A stretch of 64,000 nt of DNA, taken from the NCBI RefSeq assembly GCF_016432865.1, contig NC_067402.1, forward strand, positions 215,078,001 to 215,142,000, read 5' to 3'. The position numbers were made by a program, and so were the translations under genes. The stretch's first letter is position 1. Every line of letters begins with the position of its first letter. A model generated the notes under the pieces. It made no database searches, was not told where the DNA came from, and saw only the letters and a program-made list of their open reading frames with translations. This document shows, one piece after another, positions 52,516 through 64,000 of this stretch. This DNA comes from Antechinus flavipes (Eukaryota).

Positions 52516-55500
52516 GATAAAAAAAATCAGAAACAATATCTTAAAATTATCTTTTAATTTCCCATAACTCTTTTATTAGAAAGACTAAAAGACAAAAATA
52601 GTATTACCTAATAATACTGAATTTTACACTGATTACTCTGCTCTTGTAATATTTAAACATTTCAGTTACCAGAAATGGCATATGGCAAACTTATTTGAGA
52701 ATTGTGTTTCTGAATCTGGTAACCTAATAAAATTTAAGTGATTTACTTTGAATTTAAAAAAAAGAAATACTTAATAGAAATTAAAAATATCTGAATCAAA
52801 GTAACAGTTATAAAACTAAGATTTTCTTAATCCTAAATTTACAAAAGAAAAGGAGATATTCATTTTAAATTGTACTTTACTAACCTAAAAATTATATTTT
52901 TATGTTTTGGAAAAGGCACAAAAGCACAAAGCAATGCTGATGAATTGTATATTATTAAACTTTCCAAAACTAAAATTTTGACCATTTTTATTAAATGAAA
53001 ATATTCAATCATTTCAGACCAGATCTTTTACCAAGATCTAGACATTTATGATTACATGAAATTAAGTAAATGTTAATATACTTTCAAATTTAGTTTAGTT
53101 TAGCACCTTTTATAAATAATGGATAATTTATATGTTATTTAATTGATTAATCTACATATTATTTAGCTAATTGTATCCTTCAGGTCAAGCAGTAAAATGA
53201 TTTTGTTAATATGTTTAGGGATATTCAACCTCAGTTTTATTTTCTATATGAACATTAAAAAAATACTTTTCTTCAGGAGAAATATACAGAACTGTAGATT
53301 CTCCTAAAAGGACATAGCTTGAATTCTATTTAGTTTCACAAACATCTTAAAGCTTATCAATACGTGGATGGGTGTGTGATTTTAAAACATACACTGTAAA
53401 TGACATTTAGTAAAAAAAAATCAAGAAAGATACATTTTATTTGAATTGCCTTAGTTTTCATTATCAATATTGCTTCTCCAATGTCGAATGTAGTAATCCT
53501 CCTCCTCATCCCTGCATTTCCTCCTACCCCTCAGTTAACTTCTTTTAACTTGCAGATAGTTTTGAGTTCTCATATCCTGCTCCCTTCCCCCCATCCAATT
53601 TTTTCCCCATTCCATTTGTGGAGATTTATCAATGGGAATGTTATTACTTGTGGCAGGAAGAGCAACCTAATGCTTCAAATGTGTCAATGCCAATTTATTT
53701 TGTCAGAGATTGTCTTTAGAGGCCTAACAGTAAAGCTAAACAAATTGCTATAATAATAGAAACAAGTGGAGTTTTTGTTGTTGTTATACATCTAAATATG
53801 TACAAGGTATTTCCAGTAATCTTCAAGTCACCCTCAGGGATATGGGGTCAAATATTATTTTCCACATCAGAGTTTGCTTATTTGCCCAATGATGAAACAT
53901 GAAAGTAGCTTCTTTAGTAGCACAAGATAGGAAAGTAAACATTATTCCTGCAAAAGCTTTTAAAGGAGCCGCACATCCACAAAGGATTATTACAGCAAAT
54001 TATGATTATTATAGCAACTATAGTAGTATTTATGACTCATGATGCTTTTAACCAGGAAATTTAAAATCACTCAGTGTGAAGTATTTCAATGATTTATGGA
54101 GAGTAGGCAATGATTATTATCCTCATTTTACAGATAGATGTTGAGATTTTAAAAGAATTTATTTTTATTCACAAAAGTTTCACATGCCTGAGAAAGGAGG
54201 ATTATAAATATATTGTACTTGAAAAGATGAAAGTAGTTAAACACTGTTGACCAGTAACATTCCAAAAATAATCTTTCTTCCCATCTTTGTAGATACCCTG
54301 TCAATTCTCTTACTACAAATTTACCTGTTCAATCTCTTCCTCCTTTGTTCTTGAACCTTTTCCTCTCTTCTTAAAGGGGAAATTCCCCAGGGTTCTCCTT
54401 CTAACCCTCTTTTCTTCTATTAATATTCCCCACCATAAAATCCCATTTACCCTAAGGCTTCAAGTATACTTTCTAAACTCAAGCCATGAGTTCAGAACTA
54501 GCATCATCTACTACCTACAGTATATAGAACAACTCTATTACGTGGGGAACACATTAATTGTCTAGTATATCCTGTCCTTGGATTCATTTATTTTTAAAAT
54601 ATCATATATTTTGAATGAAATGTAATCTCTTTAAAGGTGCATACTGGTTTTAGTGTTGTCTTCATACACTTAGCAACTAAAACAGTGTTTTAGATATAGA
54701 AGCGTAAATGTTTTTGTTTGTTTTGTTTTGCTTTTTTTTGAAATTCAGTGAACCTATTAATAAAAATATTTCTTTAGATTATGCTGCATAAGAAAAGTAA
54801 TTGATACTTCTAGCTTTTAGGGGAGTCAAATTAATTTTTCTTACTATTATGTGTCACATTTTTTGATATATTTCTTTATAGGGGAAACATATTAAAACTG
54901 TAGGATCACATAGCATGTTTCCTTCTCTCTTTCCAACTAAACAAAAAAGTATCATCTTTTTTCCTAAATCATTTAAAAAGAATGAAAGAAAGAAAAATAA
55001 GGATTGATTCAAAAAACATACTCTTGTTTTTTCAGACTCTCCAGGTCTGAGTAGACTCCATAAACTGGTTAAAAGAGAAGGGCAAATCTAGCACCTGGAA
55101 GCAATCAAGCAAAGAAAGAATGCTGCAAGATACAAATCACTGTCTATGTATAGGAAATGGTGTGGATTAACAATTCCAATCTCAATTCTCAAAAATAAAA
55201 AAAATATCAAATCCTCATTATGAATTGTACTTGGTTAAACACTGTAGAGAATGGGGCAAAGAGACATAGAAATTAATACAGAATCAAAGTCAATATTTCC
55301 TGAAATATTTAAGTTGAAGAACCCTTAGAATGATAAGGAAACCCTAAGGATTTTCTCCAACTGAAAAGGCAGGTGTCACAGTGTTTTCTACATTTGAGAA
55401 CTTCTTTTCAGCCTCCAGATGACTTATATGATCCTTTCAAACATCTATGCAAAAAAAGGAATTAAATATTATACTTCTATGCCCACACTTTGCTGGCATG

Positions 55501-56820
55501 ATCAAGGAAAAGCACAGATAAACAAAAAAAAAAAAATGGAAATAGGTTGGCTTTATTGCTAATTTGGAAAGAAAGCAATGTGTACCAAAGGAAAAAGGGC
55601 AAAATGGATAAAAGAAAATGCATTTCCACATTTTAAAGATCAAAGCAAACTATGAAAACTACAATAAATAAAAACAAATATTACTAAATGTAGTGGCATT
55701 ATGGAGTTACTACTCAGTATCCTCTACAGTTAAATGACTTACTTTAAAACTTCTGTTAATAAAAAATTGTAATAAAATTAATCATTTGTAATCACAATTA
55801 ATCATCAATAAAAATCATCGGCCAGAGTCTGAAATTATCAGAAAGCCAAATTTTTCATATGCAAATTGTAAATGCTTAAGCACCTAATTTAAATCAAATG
55901 GGTAATTTGCTACAAGTGAGAAAATAACTAGTAATGCTCATCTTTATTATTGTTTGTCAAGTTTATAACACGCAAAAATTAAAATTTTTAAAAATGTTAA
56001 ATTCCTCTCTATGGGAATATATTTGGAAGACAAAACCTATCCCTACTAAATGCTACAAAAGTGAAAAGGAAGCCGTCTCTAGCAACAAGGTCAAATGAAG
56101 AACTGTAAGTGAAGACAAATCGTGTCTCCTGGTATCATGCACTGCAGATTCCAGTCAGTCACGATCAGTCTGGTAGGAATGCTTTTTGCCAAATGCATCA
56201 TTAATATTCTGTGATCACCAACTGCCAGAATCAACCATCAATACAACAGCATATAAAGAAATATTGTGAAGAGGTATTTATATCTTCCTCATGTTCACAG
56301 AGCTTCCATTTTTGCAGATTGCTTTTCCCTGAAAACAGAATAGAAAATTATTATTTTTAAAGACAAATTTGTTTGGCCTTTGCCTTCAATATGCAAAGTA
56401 GCCTCCTGATTTAATGAGAAGTCAGCAGATTGAGAATGGAGTATGAATATGAAAAATACATCATTAATTTATGAAAAAATAAGAGAATGACAAAGATAGA
56501 TGCTGATTATAGATTAAGCCAGTTTAAAAAGCAAAAACAAAAAACCTCTCCTGTTTAGACAATCTTTTCTCTATATAGCTATTATATATGTAAGTATACA
56601 TATTTCTGATTGCTTGAGGCTAAAAAAAGTTTTACATTTTTCCAGAAATGTGCCAGTGGAAACTTTAAAGCAATTGTATATGTTATATGGGTTTTATACT
56701 GTGATCAGGATATAAGCATAGTTATTTAAGGTTTAAACTCCTCACCTGGAAATTTTTTTTGTGCAACTATAAAGAAAAACAAACTGTCTTTTATTACTCA
56801 TTTATGAGTTTAAACTAAAT

Positions 56821-57513
56821 TTTTGGGTTTTTTTTTAAATTTTAACTATTGTGAGGATTTAGAAATATTACCATCTGGTTTATTTTATATTACCCACAAA
56901 AAAAAAGATAACATAATTAAAAAATCTTTAATAAAGGCTTTCAAATTATGTTATAAATATTAATGTTTAAGCACACTAATAATCTCGGTCAATATTGCTA
57001 TTGTTTTCATTTTTCAGATAGGAAACTAAGGCCATAGCAAGGTTAAGTGATTTATCGAGGTTCACACAATGAATTAGTGGCAGCACTGGAAATAAATCCT
57101 ATGAATTTGAATTCTCTGAGCTATTAAAGTATGCCCAGGAATATTAAAGTAGACTTTACTCTTTGTCTTTTCTAGATTATTTTAAAGCTTCCAAGTCCTT
57201 TTATGCATTGAATTTAATTCTCTTATTATGAAAACTGTAAAGTCAGAAGGAAAGGAACTAAAAGGTAGAATGACTTTTTTTTATGTCAAAGTCATAAAAT
57301 CTTTCATATCCTTTTATATACCTCTACCTTATCATGAGAGAAAATACATAAGTATATTGTTGTTGTAACTACTTTTTTGGGTTTTTAAAAAAATTTTAAC
57401 TATTGTGAGGATTTAGAAATATTACCATCTGGTTTATTTTATATTACCCACAAAAAAAAAAAGATAACATAATTAAAAAATCTTTAATACAGGCTTTCAA
57501 ATTATGTTATAAA
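56821..57513 (+). repeat. Near-perfect direct duplication of ~137 bp (56821-56957 and 57375-57513)
   Basis: Copies differ only in homopolymer lengths and one substitution (aataAagg / aataCagg). Confidence 0.92.
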
Positions 57514-58441
57514 CTCCATTTTTTTCCATAACACTTTAAAACTCTGATGCTTAATAAGTATTTATTGAACTATATATTGCCTCATTATTGAAATATAACA
57601 AACTGATTTGATCAAGTCAATAGTTAAGATTTCACTACATATATGTGGTAGAAAAGTAACATGATATAGAGAATTGAAGGCTTATGTTAAAGTCAAGAAG
57701 ACCAGAGTTCACATTCTCTTTCTGGCATATATTGGCTATGTGAATATGGTCATAACAATTCACAGCTCCAAAAAACTCAGTTTTAGAAGCTAATCTGAGT
57801 TGGTAAAATCCACACCTGAAATTTTCTTTACTCATGGATATGAAAGTCCAAATAATAATGTGTGTTTGTGCATGGTGGTGGATATGAGGGACATATGGAA
57901 TTAGGAACACAAATAATTGAAAGCTTGGAAAAAAATTTTCTTTTAGTTATAATAAGCATTTGTTTCATGCCACTTGAGTGTGTATTTCCTCTGTCCCAGT
58001 TTGACTGGATTTTCCTTGTTGATAATTAGGATTAGCTTGAGGACTTAGGTGAGGCCCTAGGACCTATGGGTCCATCCTGAAGGATAGCAGGACTAGTCAC
58101 CTCCAGCTCTGCTAAATTTGGATATAATTCCTTAATCTTAGGTAAGGTAGTCCACAAGAGCTGTTATTAACAAACCCTTTCCTTTTGGACTCATCAAAAT
58201 ATGATGAGCAATCTGAAAAGTCTAAGTGATAAGTTTTATATCCTAATGGAAACAGTACTGACCAGGGGCATGACAAAAGCAAGTTAAAGATATTTGTGAT
58301 AGCCCATTGTTAAGTTTTCACTGTATTTATATCTCACAGATCAGCCATCAACATAAAACAGTTTTCAACTTATTGTTATGTTGATTTCTAGACTTAAATG
58401 TTAATAATTAAGATAAAATTAAAATGTGGGTACAGGTAGAA

Positions 58442-58443
<2 letters not shown>

Positions 58444-58505
<62 letters not shown>
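58444..58505. repeat. Interrupted (TA)n microsatellite
   Basis: Direct reading. Confidence 0.92.
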
Positions 58506-58508
<3 letters not shown>

Positions 58509-58519
58509 ATGTAGAGAGA

Positions 58520-59800
58520 TAACTATATGCCAGACACTGCTAAATGGTTTAGGAATCCAAAAAAAAAACCAAAACAATAAAAATAAGTTTCCTTCCCTCA
58601 AGGAGCTCACATTACAGTGTGAGGGGTAGTGGAAGGTGAATAAAACACCATGCTAAAACAACCATACATACTTAGATGTATATAGTGTAAATGGGTAGCA
58701 GTCTTGGAGGAAAGACATCAGGACTGAGGGGTGGGAATGGGGAGAAAAAGGAATAAGGGTTCTTGAAAGTCCTCTTGTCAATGGTGTGATTTGAAGAAGG
58801 AAAGAAGCCAGGGAACTTGTCAAGTTAAGAAGAAAAGAATTTTACAGTCATGAGGGATAGCCAGTGAAAAGACATAGAGTTAGGAGACAGAGTGCCATAT
58901 GTGAGGAACAAGGCTATATAATAAAATAGGCTGAGGGGAAAAATCATAGTAAGTCTGGAAATGTAGAAATGGACCAAACTGTGAAGGAAATTTAAAGACA
59001 AACAGAGAATGAAGCTAAGAAGTCACTAGAAGCAGAGGTCCTCAAACTTTTTAAATAGGGGGCCAGTTCACTGTCCCTCAAACTGTTGGAGGGCTGGACT
59101 ATAGAAAAACAAAAACTATGTTTTGTGGGCCTTTAAATAAAGAAACTTCATAGCCCTGGGTGAGGGGAATAAATGTCCTCAGCTGCAGCATCTGGCCCAG
59201 GGGTAGTTTGAGGACCCCTGCAACTAGAGTTTAATGGGGAGCATGGAAATGGGAAGGTAACATGGGCAGGTGGCACTTTAGGAAAATCACTTTGAAAGCT
59301 GAATGGATAATGGAATGGAATGAAGAATAACTTGAGGCAGAGACCAACTTAAATGTTACTGCAATAGTTGAAACATAAAATGATAAAGATCTACCTAGGG
59401 TGGCAGCTATATGAATGGAGAAAAATGGATGCATATAAGACCATTTGTAAAGGAAGGAATGCATGACTTGGAAATATATTGGATAAGTAAGGTGATTGAG
59501 AGTGAGGACTTAAAATACTGAGGTTATAATTTATGGAAAGTTGGAGGATAGAGATGCCTTTGATAGTAATAGGGAAGTTTTAAAAAGGGAGATTTTAAGA
59601 GGGTATAATTAATTCTATCTTAAATAATTTGAGTTTGAGATTTCAACAAAATATTACTTCACAAAGTCCAATAGTTATTTAATGACATAAGACAAGAGGT
59701 CAGAAGAATGGTTATGGTTGCATAAAAAAAGGAATCATATGTATAATAATGATAATTAATTTACTAGAGCTGATGGTATCATCAAGTGAGATATAATAGT
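58520..59800 (-). mobile_element. L2 LINE (antisense) carrying hAT copy 2
   Basis: ctatatgccagacactgctaa...ccctcaaggagctcacatt...cactttaggaaaatcactttg. Confidence 0.7.
59033..59220 (+). mobile_element. Non-autonomous hAT DNA transposon (OC1/OposCharlie-like MITE), copy 2
   Basis: TIRs CAGAGGTCCTCAAACT / AGTTTGAGGACCCCTG, 188 bp. Flanks cactagaag / caactagag look like a degenerate CTAG-centred hAT TSD. Inserted in an L2. Confidence 0.88.
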
Positions 59801-60589
59801 GATTAGAAAAGAGAGTCAAGAATGGAAACAAAATGGCAGAGAGTAGACAGGTCTTTGAGCTTCTTCTGGCTTCCCTCAGATCAACACTAGATCAAATCTC
59901 TGAACTAACTGGTTTTGGAGTGAACTTGGAACTCACAAATATTTGGAGTGTAACAAATTTCCAGCAGAAGATATTTTGGAAGAACTTTAGAAAAAATCTG
60001 TTTTAAGTGTGTAGCTGAGTGCAGGCATGAGGAGGTTACACAGGACAGAGTGGTTTCATGTATTAGGGAAATCTATCCGAAGGCTCTTAGCCAAAATACA
60101 ACAGTGTTGGCAACTCTGTCCCGACTCAGAAGCCAGTGGATCAGCAAACTAGCTGTGAGACATCCAACACAATTACAAAAGGCAAATAGTAAGCCTCTAA
60201 ATCCCCCAAATATTGTGGGACTTGTACATGCCCACCAAGCACAGGAAGGAAGTGAGCAGCCCAGGACAGCTTGAAGCTGTCATCAAGAGGAAGCTTGGGA
60301 CAATCTCCCCTTTGCCCTAAGAGCAGACCTCAATCTTTAAAAATGAACAAAAAAGCAAAAAGATATCTGACCACAAATAATTTTCATGGAGAGACACAAG
60401 AACAGACCTCAAACCCTGAGGACACTAAAAGCAAAATGTCTCCAGATGAAGCCTCAAAGGGTGATGAGTTGTTTTCTATCTCACAAAGCTTTCTTGGAAG
60501 AATTCAAAAAGGATTTTAAAAGAGTTAGAGAAAAAATGGGGAAAAGAAATGAGAATTTTACAGGAGAGTTTGGAAAAGAAAACACAGAA

Positions 60590-60673
60590 TTTTTTTTTAA
60601 ATAATTATAACTTTTTATTGACAGAGCCCATGCTTGGGTAATTTTTTACAACATTATCCCTTGCACTCACTTC
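60590..60673 (-). mobile_element. 84-bp L1 3' terminus nested in L1 ORF1
   Basis: Reverse complement resembles 12318-12385. T-run at the left end. 8-bp TSD ACACAGAA at 60582-60589 and 60674-60681. Confidence 0.8.
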
Positions 60674-61307
60674 ACACAGAAATTATTTCAAGAAAACTCC
60701 TTAAAAATAGATTTAGTGAAGTGGAAAAAGCATGTAATTCCTTACAAAATGATTTGATGAAATTGAAAAAGAAATCATCTTGTTGAAAAACAAAATTTAA
60801 GAAATGGAAAAAAAAAATCTAATTAACAAAACAACTCATTTAAAAGTTTAATTTCCCACTTGACAAAGGAGATAAAAAAACTAAAGAAAATAATTCACTA
60901 AAAATTGGAATTAAACAAATGGAAGTGAATGACTCAATGAGACATCAAGAATCAATCAAACAAAACCAAAAAAAAAAGAAAAGATAGGAGAAAACAAAAT
61001 AATGCCTCATCAGAAAAATGACGGACCTGGAAAACAGATCCAGGAGAAATAATCTAAGAATTATTGCAATACCTGAAAACCATGATTTTTTTTTTTAAAA
61101 AAAAGACCCTAGATAATATTTTTCAGGAAATCATCAAGGAAAAGTGGCCCAATATCCCAGAACTAGAGGATAAAATTGTTATTGAAAGATTCACAGATCA
61201 CCTCCTGAAGGATGCCGCAAAATGAAAACTCCAGCGAGTTATATTTCAGAATTATAATATCAAGAAGGAAATATTGCAAGCAGTCAGAAAGAAACAATTC
61301 AAATATC

Positions 61308-61681
61308 TTTTTTTTTTTTTTTGGTGTTTTAATTTTTTTTTAATGTTCAAAACATATGTATAGATAATTTTTCAACATTGACCCTTGCATATACCTTGTG
61401 TTTCAGATTTTCCCCTTCTTCCCCCACTTTCTCCCCTAGATGGCAAGCAATTCAATATATGTTAAACATGTTAAAATATATGTTAAATCCAATATGTATA
61501 AGCATATTTATACAATTCTCTTGTTGCACAAGAGAAATCAGATCAAAAAAGAAAGTAAATGAGTAAGAAAACAAAATGCAAGCAAATAACAACAAAAAGA
61601 GTGAGAATGTTATGTTGTGATCCACATTCAGTTCTTACAGTCCTCTCTCTAGATGTAGATGGCTCTCTTCACCACAAGATC
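61308..61681 (-). mobile_element. 374-bp L1 3' terminus nested in L1 ORF1
   Basis: Poly-T at the left end. Perfect 16-bp TSD AAACAATTCAAATATC at 61292-61307 and 61682-61697. Confidence 0.9.
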
Positions 61682-61936
61682 AAACAATTCAAATATCAAG
61701 GAGTCACAATCAGGATTATCCAGGACCTAGTAGCTTTCATTTAAAGGATCAAAGAGCTTGAGACATGATATTCTGAAGAACAAAGTTGCTTGGATTGCAG
61801 TCAATAGTCAGCTATCCAACAAAATTAAGCATTATCTTTCAGAGAAAAGGATAACTGAATTTCATTTATTTCTTATGAAAAGACTAGAGCTGAACAGAAA
61901 ATTTGATTTTCAAATACAAAACAAATACAAAGAAAC

Positions 61937-61971
61937 AGAGAGAGAAAGAGAGACAGAGAGAGAGAGAGAGA
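61937..61971. repeat. (GA)n microsatellite
   Basis: Direct reading. Confidence 0.85.
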
Positions 61972-62884
61972 AGCACAAAAAGGTAAAAAGGAAAGAAAAA
62001 AATGTTATAAGAGGATCAGCTGAGGGACATTCATAGTTAATGGGTGGGACTTGGATGAAGATCGATCCAACAAAGGAGACTGAAATAGATTTTAGACAAG
62101 TATTAAGGAAACTGGGAGTATTATAAATACTATTACAAAAACCCTAGAAAATCCAGAAAAAGAGGGAGATCAATTAAAGGAAACAGATTTTTTTTAAGAG
62201 TATTGAGAAAAGTTCATTAGATTTGACAACTTAAACACAACTGTGAACTTTGAAAGAGCAGCTTGCTTGACCCAACCTACTGGCACAATGACCTGCACTA
62301 ACCTAATAAAGAAAGCAGCTTGTCCATCAGTACACCACACCCAGAAGTTAACTTGGCAGGAACTCAACAATGAGAAAATTACTTTCAGGTCCAGAGGTAC
62401 CTTTTAGCTGCACAAGTTTCCTGAATATATGCTTTTCAATCCATTTTCCCAAGGGACAGAGGATAATGAAGGTTTTTAAGGTAATGGTTTGAACCTATAT
62501 ATTTTATAAGACAGCACTTTGCTGTAACTTCTCTGTAAATATTCATTTCTAAAAGTTAATGTCATTTGTTCGATTGATATGGGGGTACGCTAAATAGAGA
62601 TTTATGAACAATTGTATTAGAAGACTAGAATTATCTCTAATATTCTGAAACAAGCAATTCAATACATTTGGGGGTCTTGGGCTTATAGGGGAAATGGGGG
62701 CTGAGAAATTGATTCCAAAAGAGTTGCTGCAATTATATATGGCAGTTCATAGTTCCTTATACTATTCTCTATTCTTTATAGCTTGAGATATTTTTGATTG
62801 TTGAATTAACAGTAAAATTTTGACAAAAAAGAAAAAATAAATGTTTATACATATGATGTCATCTGCTTAAAAAGTAATTATTAT

Positions 62885-62999
62885 TAGAGTACCAACCCTG
62901 AAGTCAGGAGGATCTGAGTTCTCATCTGGCCCACACACTTAACACTTCCTAGCTGTGTGACCCTGGACAAGTCACTTAACCCAATTGCCTCAGGGGGGG
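62885..62999 (+). mobile_element. WSINE1-type CORE-SINE, 5'-truncated
   Basis: ccctgaagtcaggaggatctgagttc...cccaattgcctcagggg. Imperfect TSD aaaagtaattat / aaaaataattat. Confidence 0.8.
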
Positions 63000-64000
63000 A
63001 AAAATAATTATATCACATGAATTTATTTTAAAGAAATCTGACACCCTTAGAAATTTCTTAGAACAAGTAGAAAAATAAGTATCAATAAAAGTGGTAAGGA
63101 TACATAATAAAAATTATAGACTTTTTTTTTAAGGGAAAAGCACAAATACTGTTTTCATTTGTATCATTTTCAAAACCACACATTTAACTATGTTAACGTG
63201 ATAACAACTAGCCATTCAATAGTCAAATCTTAAAATAATCTATGTCACTAGCTCCAGAGTCTTTGTTTCCATGAATATTTTGGTTAGCTTCCATTGCTCT
63301 ATATAAAAACACTAAAATGCTTTCCCTTTAAAATACTATGAAAATGTTACTTTGAATGTCAGATCTATTGGAAGTTGCCATTTAAGTTTAAAATTAAATG
63401 AATGACTATCCTACTAGAGGAGAAACCCAGCAAGGAGGAAGCAAATAAACCTGAGCCATACTATTACATTGTTCTTAGTTATGGCCCATGTGATGTTTTT
63501 ACTTAGACAATGGCTCTGATTTAAATCATACTACTTCAGCAAATAAACTGTAAATGGTAAATAAACCCAATTCAAATGTATCATAAAAAGGTAACACAAA
63601 ATCACCGAGATCATTTAATTTATAGTCAGAAGAGTCATGACTTTGAGTTTTGGCTCTTAGATACTAGCCATAAGTATATATAATCTCTAAAATACTATAG
63701 ACATATGAGTTATTATTTTGTGAAATCCTGTATTGAAAAGAACAATATAAAAATGATTCTAAGGCAATCAATTCTAAGGCCATCCTATGTATGTACAAAA
63801 ATATATTCTCATAGAATATACTAGGGAATGCTGTTGCAAGCAACAAAGGTCTTTAAAGTTTAAAGAAGTGTCCTCTGATCTTTTTGAGTATGGCAATCTC
63901 TTTCTTTTTAATATCAACAAATTTCACAGACTTCCTACCATACACAAGATAACTATCATACTATTAATATACATTGATAAAAGTCCATGAGATAAAAATT

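Larger units (their letters stand above)
59830..61915 (+). mobile_element. L1 5' UTR + degenerate ORF1 (3'-truncated), antisense to SLC16A7
   Basis: 5' aaaatggcagagagtagac; ORF1 N-terminus MNKKAKRYLT...EQTSNPEDTKSKMSPDE; DLENRSRRNNLRII at about 61025. Confidence 0.85.

Noticed and set aside
60050-60604. ORFs of 72-82 aa
   Set aside because: Degenerate L1 5' UTR/ORF1.
1-64000. CRISPR arrays, operons, rRNA or other prokaryotic systems
   Set aside because: No regularly spaced repeat-spacer arrays and no gene-dense ORFs; the sequence is mammalian intron.

Overview
AT-rich, CpG-depleted vertebrate genomic DNA from a marsupial. The WSINE1/MAR1-type SINEs, the L1 3' ends and the cytb motif LHTAN suggest a dasyurid such as the Tasmanian devil, which is an inference. 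The only protein-coding sequence I can support is the first coding exon of the monocarboxylate transporter MCT2 (SLC16A7) on the minus strand (CDS 52468->52252, 217 nt, canonical AG/GT boundaries). Bases 1-52251 are the intron after it, and 52498-64000 is presumably 5'-UTR intron. The rest is mostly retrotransposon debris (L1, L2, MIR, MAR1, WSINE1, an RTE-type SINE and a solo LTR), plus two ~190-bp hAT MITEs, a ~345-bp decayed mitochondrial cytochrome b insertion (NUMT), microsatellites and three assembly gaps. I found no evidence of a new multi-gene system. The most notable observations are the cytb NUMT, the hAT pair flanking the exon, a tail-less 85-bp inverted copy of a SINE 1 kb from its apparent donor, nested and internally deleted L1s, and several candidate conserved non-coding elements. 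Repeat family names come from recalled consensus sequences rather than a database search, and repeat boundaries without a TSD are approximate.
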